A stretch of DNA of 64,000 bases. It comes from Euglena gracilis (Eukaryota). The stretch covers positions 44,867,847 through 44,931,846 of the forward strand of contig CP154954.1 of NCBI GenBank assembly GCA_039621445.1. The letters are read 5' to 3'. The notes under the pieces were generated by a model that was given only the letters and a program-made list of their open reading frames with translations, searched no databases and was not told where the DNA came from. A program made the position numbers and the translations under genes. Position 1 is the first letter of the stretch; every line of letters begins with the position of its first letter. Shown here piece after piece: positions 1 to 11,700 of the stretch.

Positions 1-335
1 GGGGAGAACAGGAGGTCTTGCCACCAGCAACACCTCCCAGGGGTCCCTGACGGAAAAAACGTTTTTTTTTTCCTCTGGCTGTGCGCCGAGGTTGAATGAG
101 GATTTTAATATGTTTTTGGCCCGAAAAATTCCCCAAAACAGACATTTTTGGCATAATTTGGTGGTTAAAAATCCTTGTGCCAGTGACTGGGAAAAACTCT
201 GCCAGCCCTGCTAGCAGGCCCGGAGGGTCCACCAGTATTTCCACAAATTTGGCCAAATTTGGACTACCTGCGGTCCATCCCCTTCCCGGGGGGGGGGGGG
301 GGAGGTACTGCGAACCCTTAAGCAGAAGCCTGGCC

Positions 336-373
336 ACGGGGGACGGCGTGTTCCAGAATGCCATGACACAGTC
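336..373 (-). CDS. Gene A exon DCVMAFWNTPSPV (second metal-binding Asp)
   Basis: Homologous to gene B exon 44222-44320; completes the IGD motif. Confidence 0.85.
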
Positions 374-3300
374 CCCGGCAGGGAGGCGGGTTTTGCCCAG
401 GAAAGGAGCGACCCTCGGAGTGCAAGGCCACGACTTAAAGTATTGGATGCAACCGGGGGGGGGTTTCACAAAAAAAAAACAACCCCCCCAAAAAACGCAA
501 GGAGAGGACGGCCGGGGGGCGGTGGTAGCTGCGTTGCTGGGCGGGGTCCAGGCAGTGGGCAAGCACCTATAGTCAAGCCCAAAAATTTCCCCATTTTAGG
601 CCATTTTAGGCCATTTTAGGCCATTTTAGGCCATTTTAGGCCATTTAAGGCCATTTTAGGCCATTTTAAGGTATAGGTGGGGGTTCTGAAAATCATAATT
701 TTGCGTCATTTTTGTCCCGAAAAAAGTATCATAACGTGTGCAAACCTTCTCTTGTTCAGTAATAACAAATGTACATCCAAAAAAGCATGCAAAATTCAAA
801 ACAATGGGAAGCTCAGCAAGTCTATATTCATATTCATAGAGGAATTCTGAACAATAAGAATTTACGGTAGATAAAATTTTCAGAGAAAAAAAAAACGTTG
901 GACAAAAAATAAGTTTTTTTTAATTTGTGCTACCAAAAAGGCTCCCGTTTTTTTTTGTGAATTCTACACCATTTTGCGGAATTTCGCAATAAGAAGTCAT
1001 TTTTTCTGAAAGATAATGCTGCTGCCTAATGAAATTCAATTTGATTTTGGCATTGTTTCAGTCATGTATATCATTCATTTTATTATTATGATAAATATTA
1101 AAGAATAATTATTAAGATCCATAATACAAACAAAAAATTATTTCCAAAAAAATACAATGAATTTTTATTTGTATTACAGATCTTAATAATTATTCTTTAA
1201 ATACTTATCATAATAATAAAATGAATGATATACATGCCTAAAACAATGCCAAAGTCAAATTGAATTTCACCAGGCAAAAAGTGAAATATATAAACCTAAT
1301 CCTGTACCTATTGACGGATAACATATATCATATGCTATCATATTATATATCCCAATATTATTCCAATTTTATTGATAATATGATTGCAGTAATAATTATT
1401 GTACAATTACACATTATATCAATAAAACTTATTTTTACTTAGTACATATATTTATTAATTTCAACTTATTTCTCTTTTATTACTAAAATTGTATTGTATG
1501 AAAACATGTGTTATTTGTATTACTAAAACTGCATTAAATATAATGTTAATGTTATATTTTTAATTCTACAATTAAAAATTGATGACTATAAAATCTTTAT
1601 AAATATGGAAAATATATCAACAAAATTAATAATAATAAAATACCCACACGAAATATCCACATAAAATACATAGAATATCCATAATAATTTTATGTCTATT
1701 CATAAAAATTGAAACATTAAATTTACTTACAAAAGTTATATTTATATGATGCTAGAATTTTATATTTCAATTGAGATTTTTCCAACATCTTTCATCTTTG
1801 TTTTGACTTTTTCCCCATGCTTCCGTTTCATTATTTGCGAAACAAACATCGGTGCAAACCAACAAGATAGGAGTAAGAAAAAATAATATGTCCAAACCTT
1901 CAAAATTCAGCCACCAAAAAAAGGTTGGGGCTGTGAATTTGGGGACTGATACGAGTGTTATTAGGATAAAACCATGGGCCTTGTGGGGCTGTGCTCCTCC
2001 ACCAAATCCACTGTTTGCCGTCCGCATTAACAAAGGACATTGAAAGGCATTGCCTGAATGGCTTCAGTAGTTCACAAAAAAATTGTTGTGCAACAGAATT
2101 TTTCCCATTTTAGGCCATTTTAGGCCATTTTAGGCCATTTTAGGCCATTTTAGGCCATTTTAGGGACCCCCACCTATAGGGGGTCAAAAAGTCATTTTAG
2201 GCCATTTTAGGCCCTTTTAGGCCATTTTAGGCCATTTTAGGCCATTTTAGCTATAGGTGCTTGGCAGTGGGGGGGGGGGTCCAGAGCCGGAACTTGTATG
2301 GGTGGTTGCGGAGTTGTCCACCCCCACCCACCCACCCCCACCCTTAGATTTTAGGCAAAAATTTTCCTTCACAGGAAGGGGGGGGGTCGGATACCCTCAA
2401 ACCCCCATTTTGCATTGCTTTTGACCATTTCTCCTTCAGAAATCTGGGGTTTGGACGAATTTCTTTCAGGCGCACCTCAAAGAAATACATCCATCCCATC
2501 ATTCTTTTGTCATTTTCCAGAAAATACCGGAAATTTTCGGCTCAACACTTACCGAAATTTCCTGGCGCGGGGCGAGACCCTGACAAGACCCCCCCCCCCC
2601 GGGTCCACTGAGTTCAAAAGGATATTGCCCCCCCCCCCATAGCGGTGGCTCATGACTCAGCGTCATCAGCAAACTCTGTGCATCCTTTTCCAAATGGTGT
2701 GTTGCCCCAACACACTCACCCTGGCCGCCGATGTACTTGTCGATTACCCCGCGGCGCCGCACGATGATGGTGGACAGCTCCTCGAAGAACGCGCCGATGC
2801 TCTCCACCAGCTGGGCCGCGTCGGTGGACTCCGTCAGGGTGGTGAAGTTCTCGATGTCGAGAAAGAACACCGTGGCGCGGGTGGGGACCATCGACAGCGC
2901 GACGGGGGTGCCGTGCTTCAGGCACGGCTGCAGCACCTCCACCGGCAGGAACCGCGTCGGAGCGACAGGCGGCGACCGCCAGACAGGAGGGGGGCCGCAG
3001 GAGGAGGCTCGAGATTCCTGGAGCCATCTCATGGCAAACACGTGGAGGCTCGCGAGCCTCCTCGAGCTGTCCGATGACAAGCTCAAGGAGGCTGGCGAGC
3101 CGGCTCAGGGAGGCTCGCATTGAGGCAATTCCCTGCTTTAATGTATGCCCTTTCCCTCTGCCACGGTTCAAGCCCTTGTGGTTTGGATGTGTATTATGAC
3201 AAATACCCTTTTTTGTTTTTGCCCTTTCCCTCTGTAACTGTTCTGCGGGCTTTTGAAAGCCACAAAGAAAACAACATCCTTTCTCACTCTTTCTGCACCG

Positions 3301-6300
3301 AGTACCCATTTCTGTTTCTTCTTTTTCCCCGTAAGTACATTGCACTTTTCTGAATGTGCGGGGGTATTGCTTAAAGTTATTACCTGGGTGAATAAATTCT
3401 GTTTGTGGAAGCGGTTTCCTACTACAAAAAAAACAGCATTTCTTGATGTCTCCATCTCCCAAGCTTGGAGTTTTCTACAAACTTGCAATTGACGGTAATG
3501 TGCTCAGAACACTGTTATTTGGCAAATCGGTCTAGCCTGGCTACGGTGTCCAGCATGATGCGCATCTTAGCGAAGGACTCCATCATCAGGCCCAGCTCCG
3601 GCCAGGCTCCCTTTTTGGGAACTGGAAACCTTGGAAACTTCATTTCAGTGGACATCCCGCCTGGGAGCTGCCAGGCGTGGAAGGTAGGTAGGTGCAGGTG
3701 GGCGTGCACCCCCCTGCACGCCCTCAACTCCATTTTTAATTGTGTTTGACCAGCTCCCTGGAATCTCCAGCTGGGCCCTAGCAGACCCAGACCCAGAGGC
3801 TCAGTCCTGGATATGCATTCACTTAGCGACTCCTTCAGGGGGCACTTTTTCCCGCCCAAACCCATCCACCCACAGGTGGGGGGGGGTCCCCCCCACTTGG
3901 GTGGTCGAGGCGGGGGGAGGGGTGGTCGATGGCCCACCCACCACCCGTTGGGTGTCCAAGACTCCAGCCTTGTTCAACCCCACCCACCCACACACCCGAA
4001 ACCCACCCCAAAAATGGTTGAAACCCCACAGAAAACTTTGGCCTTTGGCCACACTGACCCGCACCCCACCCCCTGGGGGGGTGAAGTGCCCAACCCACTG
4101 ACCCCCCCCCTTCGGGGCAGTGGTGGTGTTAAAATGAATCCTGGACCTCCCTGGAAAGGGGTTCCGAATCAATCAAAAAGAAATCTGGCCCCCGCACACA
4201 AGTGCCCCGGGGAACGGCGGTGCCCACCACGTCCAGCTCCACGCAGCGGTGCATGTCCCAGCCAAAGGGGGTGGCGGTTGTCAGGTGCCCCAGAAGAACA
4301 ACCGTGTAATACAGTGAAGGAGAAGGCACGGCACCACAAAACACATCCACCGTCACCCCAACTCTGATAAAAAGAAGAAAACAAAACGCCATACTGGAAA
4401 TGTCGAAATGAAACGTACCAAGTGTGGGAAAAGCATGCCAATAATCTCGAGCTGCCAAATGAACCTCTGAATGAAGCTGTTTGGCTTGCGGGAAGGACCC
4501 CTCCAAGCTTCTGGAGGGTCTACGCCTGGACCATACCAATATGCCAAGCAGGGGTTTTTTAAGACCGGGGGGGAGGGGGGGGTCCCCCCCACCACCCACC
4601 CCCTGGGGGGCCTCCCGGGGGGGGGGGTCCCGGGGGACCCACAAAAAATGGCCGAAAAATCGCGAAAAGTGCTAAAAATAGCATTTTTCGGCGCCTGCGG
4701 CGCCGAAAAGTATATCCCACCCCCCTCCGGGGGGACCCCCCCGGGGGGGGGGAGGGGGCTCGGCCGGACCCACCCACCCTACCCCCCCCCGGGGGTCCAC
4801 GACTAAAAAATCCCCTGATGCCAAGAAACAGCCCTTTGCTGAAGAATAATTTCAGCAAAAAGCGGCATGGAAAAAACAGAATGGGTGGTTGGAAATGCAC
4901 ATTTTATCTCACCATTGAAATTTGCCGTGTCGAACATATTCCCATTTGCTTGAGTTTGAAATCCAAAAAAAATATTTTCAGGAAATGTAAATAACGATGA
5001 ATCTCCATGGTTCAGATTTAGTACTTTTTTGAAGTATCCTTTTGTACGACTCATTTCAGTATGGTGCGGGGGGGGGGGTCTGTCGAATTAAGATTTTGGA
5101 ACCAACTTAGGAGCAACCAATACAACAACTTTGAAGTTTCAAGGCTCAAACTGGAAATAAACTTCAGACCAGGATCCATTTTGTGACCGTTATTGAAATT
5201 GTGTGGGGATTTTTGGGGGTCTCCACCAAACTGTGGAAACACTTGGGAGGGATTTTGTTCCTCAAATTCTGTCACACCAACTTTATACCATGCTGATCCC
5301 CCCAGCAGCATGGTATGGTTTGCAGGCTGTTTTTTACCAACCCCGGGGGGGAGGGGGGGTCCGGAGTGCCTGTGAGTGCCTGCCCAGTGGCTACCCCCCC
5401 CCGGGGGGGGGGGGTCGGATTTCGGCCTGTGCCCGGGCACATTCCTTTGAAAATAGGCCATTTTTGGCTCCCCGGCGCCTTCGGCGCCGGGGTTGTGCTA
5501 GGGCACTTTTGGCCGTGTGCCCCCCCGGGGGGGGGGGGGTCGGATTTGGAGTGCCTTGGGGTGCCTGCCCAGGCAGGCACCCCCCCCCCCGGGGTGGGGT
5601 CGGCACCCGACTAAAATACAGCCTGATGGTTTGCCGACACACTGCAGACTGAGCCTGCCAAAGCCTTTGGCCGCCCCCTTGCCAGGCAACCTTCCTCAGC
5701 GGGGAGGCGATCATCTTGTTGGTGAAGAGCACCGCGACGAGGGCCACGGCGGCCAGGCTGGTGACGCTGATGATGACCAGCAGGGCCACTGACCACCGGA
5801 TCGGCCGGTCGACGGGCCCGGTGGCCGTCTTGAGGCATTGGGGTTAGGGGGGGGGGTCGGGACTGCGGTGGGAAATAGGACCCGCCCACCCATGTTGGTT
5901 GCTCACCTGGGTGGTGTCAGGATCAGCTTGATGCCTCCTCCTTTTCCTCACTTCAAGCATTATGAAAAAGGTTGCAGTAGAGTGTGCATTGATCTCCTGT
6001 GTCTGAAACACACCAGTTGCCATTGCATTGCTGGGGTGGATTTGGGCCAGTGACACAGCCCCTTACACCCCCAAAAATGCCAGGTCTCCAACATATTACT
6101 GTTGACATGGAGGTGCGCTAGCCCACCTTCGCAAAAAAAAATGCACAAAAACACGTTACACAAGTGCAAAATCTGAGAGAAAAGGCGCAAAAAAAAATGA
6201 AAAATCATCATGAAAATGAAAAAATTACACCCAAAAACGTGCGAAAAAATCCAAATTTGAAAAACAATATGCAAATGTGAGGAGAATGCCATTTACAATA

Positions 6301-8567
6301 ACAAAACCAGTTTAAATATAAATTATAAAAAAAGGAGAGCAATACCAAAAATGCGCTGGAAAAAAATGAAAAGCACAAAAATGGGCAGAAATGCGGAGAA
6401 ATTTTCATTTGCACACACCCCACATCAGCACTTGTATAAATCAGTGGGGGAGGTGCCAGCGATTTATCCCATCGCCATTCGCACCAGTTCAGTTCGTGTG
6501 GTCCATCATGGGGGCTCCGTTAGGCACAGCCCTCGACCACACAGGTGGGGAGGGCCACTTTCTTGGAGAGAGAAAGAGGCGGCCCCCGGTCTGCACTGTA
6601 CGGCGTGGCGAGCACGAGGCGGTACGGCGTGGCGTCCCCCCGGGATGGGGGCGGGGCTTGGTTACATCGCCCCGGGGCTGCAGAAAAGAAATGCGAGTGA
6701 ACCAACAGGAACTGTCGAGAACGCAGCTGGAAAAAAAACTGGAGGGGGCGGCATGGCACCATGTCCAGGCCAAAACAAAACCAGTTGCCATCTGGCAGAT
6801 GTTAAAAATTAAAATGCGACAACAAATGAAGACATTGCAACAAAAACTTTGAAAAGGCAAAGAGGATGGAATTGTGTTGTGCATCCCCTCGTACGTTGTG
6901 CAACTCCTGTTGCCAACTCCTGTTGCCGATGCCCTCGCACGCAACTGTTCGGGGGCCCTAATATAACAAAATCCCTGTGCCTGTTTGTGTGCAACTCCTG
7001 TGTGTGTGCAACTCTCTTTTGTTGCCGATACCCTTTCATACGAAACTTTTCGGACGGCCCAAAAATAACAAAACCTCTTGTGATACATATGCCCTGTGTG
7101 TCATCACCCTTTTGTTGCCAATGCTCTGTTGTATGCAACTGTTCGGATGCCCTAAAATTACAAAACTGTTGCATATGCCCTGTGTAGAAAGGAATTTTAT
7201 CGTATTTTTTTTTGATAAATTATTATTCAGTTTTATGATAATAATTATTTTGGATACATCTCTAATAAAATCGAGAAGTAACTTCCTTGCTAATTAAATT
7301 AAAATGCATCAGATATGTTTCTCGTGTGAGACAATTCTCTGGGATCTTATGCAAAACTTAAAATATATTTTAAAAATGGTAAAAAAGAAAACATTTCAAA
7401 TATATGTACACATTACTTTATTATTTCTTTAAAAATTGATATACCAGCCTTTACAAAAAAAAAACATAAAAAAATCCGGGAAATTTAAAAAAAACATGCA
7501 AAGAATGTGCAAAAAGTATGAGCAAAATTGAAAAATTTCCGAAAGAAATCATCTCCAGCTCGCAGCCAACAGCAGAAAAAAAATTTGCGAGCTTCGAGAA
7601 AGTGCTCAATTTTGTCAAAAGATTGCCATGCCAAAAGAGCAAAGCTGGCAGTACAGGCCAGGAACCAACAGACACTTCACCGAGCCTGTCGTGAAACAGC
7701 ACCTACAGCTGTGAGATCAATCCCCGGGAGTGACGACCCGCTGCCAGCTGATGAGGTGGCAGCCGCCCCGGTCGGAGTCCAGGCTGCCCGACGTCGCGGC
7801 CGGGGAGGGGGGCGGCAGCGCGCGGAACGTGTCCGCCACCACGGCGCAGTCGGAGCTAGCCGCGTCCAGCAGCTCGTCGCCTCGGTGGGTGGCACCAGAG
7901 GCGGCTCCATAGGTGGACGGGGTTCAGAGCAAAGTTTTTTCAGGATCTGGGGGGTCTGGCACACACCTGCCAACACAGCACAAGGCTGGGGGGGGTCCCA
8001 TCCTCAGTCTAACGCAAAATCTGGCGGGGGCGGACCCACCCACCCAGCCAGTCACCTACCCCCCCCCCAGTCACCAACCTGGAAAAAAAAATGTCTCTGG
8101 TTCACCATACGTGGGGTCTGGAAATCGGAGGGGGGAGGGAGTTTGTTGACAACGGAGATGGTTTAAACTTCCACAAACATTGACAATGCTTGAACTCCAC
8201 CGGAATGGCATGATTTGACTACACCAATTGAAATAATGGATGCCCAAGGCTGGGGCACGGGTTGTTAAATCCCCCCCATGAGTGTCAGGTGTGGCCCGGT
8301 GGAGGGCCCCTGCCCGGAGCCACACGTGGCGGCGATCAGCGTGCCGCGGTCGTCCACGAGGTACGCCGTGGAGGCCCCCGCCGCCCCGCCGCTGAACCGC
8401 TGCACCGCGGAGTGGAGCAGCGCCGCCCAGTCAGCCCCCCAGGGCCTCGCCCCGCAACCAAACTCTGTCGACCCAGACCCTCTCCCCAGTGCTGCCGAGC
8501 GAAAGATCATCGAGGGCACAGCATTTCTGTGTGTGTTCCACGCCCGCAATTGAATGCGTGCGTGCGC

Positions 8568-8612
<45 letters not shown>

Positions 8613-8627
8613 TGTGTGTGTGTGTGT

Positions 8628-8708
<81 letters not shown>

Positions 8709-11700
8709 CGCGCTGCTAAATGTCCGAACCCAGACACAAATTCCCTCTCCCTTAGTGGACCGTTTGGGGCGACGACAAAACTGCGCTTGGAATGCACTCT
8801 GGGAACTCTTCTGATCCATCAGTCCGAAGTGTCATGGGTCAGAAGAGCATTCACAAGCTGTGTTGTTAATGGCCTCCAGAGCCCGGGGCCAGGCACGTCT
8901 TCCCTTTGAAGGCTGAGAAATGGAACCGGGCCATCAAACCCCCCCCCCTCTCCGGCCCTCTCTCCGCGCAGCCTGCTGGAGGTGTGCTCAGCGGGGCCCT
9001 GCCCGGCGTCCTGCACCCACACGAAGTGGAGCACGCGGGTGCCGTTCACCCGCGTCATGCGGTACTGCCCCACCTCCGTGAACGTCGGCCGCCATGGCCC
9101 CTCCGCATCTCCAGAAGTCGGATGGGGGCGTAAACGCCCCCCCCCCCCCCATACAACCCCCCCCCTCGGGCCGACCAACCAAACTGGGACTTGGAACCCC
9201 CCCCCCCCCCCGGGGAAGAAAATCAAAAGCCGCCGGGACGATTTCTTCGGCCGCAAACCACCCAATAACTGATTTTTTGGCAATTTTTTTTTGAGACCGA
9301 CCGTCATCAAAAATGCCATTTTTGACCAAATTCGCCGAAGAATGCCAATTTGGGTTGTTTCAGGGTCTTTTCGGGGGGTTGCATTTTCACGAATAATTCC
9401 TTGAAGGGGGGTCGCTGAGCTCTTACCTCTTTAGAGTAAGAGCGAAGCTTACCCCCCGGCGACCGTGGGTCCGACCCCCCCCCCCCCTGCCCCCCCCCCC
9501 CCTGGGTAGGTCCGGACACCCGAGGATTATCGATGTGATTGGATTTCCTGGCCCCCAAAGTGAGGAACCACAAATTTTTTCTTGGTGTCCACATGTGAAC
9601 CACAAAAAAAATTTTGGTGTCCACAGGTGAACCACAAAATTTTTTTGGTGTCCACAAAATTTTGTTGCCCACAAAACTTGATTGAGGATCGAAATAAAAA
9701 TGAGTTTTACAACTAAAAGCTATTACGTCTTTTGTGAACCACACTAAATGAATGTCTGGCGCATACCGATCGATACCCGCCCCCCCCCCCTGGGCAATTG
9801 TCGCGTGACAAATTGGGTAGCACGGAGGGGGGTGACAATTTCCCGGGGTGACAATTTGGCCGGCACAGAGGGGGGTGACAATTGCCCGGGGGCGTCAATT
9901 GCCCACCCATGTAAGCCACATTTGAACCAAATGATCAAGAACACCATCTGAAACACAAACGAACATATGGTCGTGATATTGTGCAGAGCGTTTGGTATGC
10001 GAAAGTTCTCAGCGCGTTGTAACGAAATAAAAGATCAATCGAGTCATGCGGCGAAAAGAAAGTTCACAATGCAATACTACAAACGGGGGGGGTGACAAAT
10101 TGGGCAGCACGGAAGGGGGTGACAATTTCCTGGGGTGACAAATTGGCCGGCACAGCCAGGGGTGACATTTGCCCGGGGGCGTCAATTGCCCGGGGGCGTC
10201 AATTGCCCGGGGGCGTCAATTGCCCGGGGGGGCGCGGGTAGGGCGTCCCAAAGTTGTGGAATGGGGTCCTCTTTGCTTTTCCTCAACTCCGTAGCGTTTT
10301 CGAGATATTTTGAATTTTCGATTCCTTGACCCCAAAATGACCCTGCAATTTCTCCGGGAACAAAACGTAGACCACGTTTTTGCTCGGGGCGGCATATCTC
10401 CGGACTGGCGGGGAGTTGCAGGTAACCTAAGGGCTCTGGAGAAACTAGAGATCGTCCCCTAACCTATACGGATTGAGCTTGAGACACCAAAATGCAGCCA
10501 CATTGTGGGGGGTGGGGAGACCCTCCTCCCACCTCCAGTTTTTGGTTGCCGAAACTTCTCGCTGTTGAGTTCAGAATTTCTCATTGAGCCTCAAGAGGGT
10601 CCTAAAATACACACCCGGCGCGAAGAGCAGGTGCGGATGCGGGTGCGGGGGTGTTTTTTTTTCCCCTGCAGAGGAGGAGCGGTCCACTTTGGTAACAGAC
10701 GCCCAAAAGACGTCATTTTCTGCCGAAATCGGCCACGTCGACGCTCCAAAAGTGAGAGCTCTGCCTCGCCTTGAGGTCGGCGATCCTTTGCCTGATTGTT
10801 GCGAAGGGGGACGGGCGGAGAGGCGTAATTTTGCCCGCAGCGGGAGTGCGTAAAACGCAGCAGTTACCGCCTGGGAGGCGCAAAATACCATGTGGGGGAC
10901 TGGTTTTTTGAATAGTGTTGAGCTCTTAATTGGACTTGCACGTAATGGACGGCCGAAAAGACTAGTTGCAAATTTCGCATAAATTATGGTTTACAAATTG
11001 CACACCTGCAATTTAGAGTTACTTACAATAATTTTTGAAAGGTTAAGAGGTCAGCGACCACCCCCATACACCCAATACCCGTTTTTCTTCGATTTTCCGA
11101 CTTCTTTGACCCGGAAATGATCCCCAAATCCATGGGTTCCAGGCCAAAAACGGGGGGCCGGGGTCGAAAAAAATCGAAGGAATTTTTTTCCTTGCCCGAA
11201 ACGATGTTTTTTTGGCTCCCAGACCCAGAAAAACTGCATTTGAGCCGAAAATGAGCGTTTGCCAACTTTTTTAAAACCAAAAAGGGCTGAAAACGGCTGA
11301 GTCAAAACACCCCAAAATGTACAAAATGGCCAAAATCAGTCGAAAAAACAGTCCTAACTCGGGCTTGGCGGGGAGTTGCGGGGAAATCAAAATATCCTTA
11401 GATAAGGCATTTTAAGGGCTTCAATTTAGGTCTCCAGACATTTCCTTTGACTCCCAACCATTTTTGAGAAATTTTGATTTGGAAAAATCGATTTTTTTGA
11501 GCAAAAAAGGATGGCCCAAAAAAACACCCAAAGTGGCCGTTTTGGGCCACAAAGGTGCGTTGGAAGACGGGCCAGGCGCTTCGGCGGCCAAAACGGCGAA
11601 CGGGGGTCGATAGAGGGCCTCCAGGGGTGCATTTTGTCAGTGAGACACTTCTGGAGATAATGTGCGTTTCCTCGAGATATTTTCGAAAAATCGATTTTTT

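Larger units (their letters stand above)
374..2726 (-). other. Nonconventional intron at IG|DC, shared with gene B intron 44321-44752
   Basis: GGC-CAGGG...CCCTG-CCGGG; removal restores DKYIGDC; no AG acceptor. Confidence 0.85.

Noticed and set aside
591-668. (TTTTAGGCCA)n as a telomere
   Set aside because: Internal, and enclosed by the TIRs and TSD of a transposon
1767-2033. ORF with WW...LL..C resembling a hAT dimerisation domain
   Set aside because: The resemblance is weak, and its order relative to an ACFLD segment near 780 is inconsistent with hAT transposases; needs a profile search
2714-2719. Canonical GTGAGT donor after IGGQ in gene A
   Set aside because: It would insert residues into the invariant IGD motif, and no AG precedes the next exon; the nonconventional junction restores the motif exactly
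8262-8909. Poly-CV and poly-HT ORFs
   Set aside because: Read-through of a (GT)n tract; only the ~8310-8435 minus-strand part is exonic
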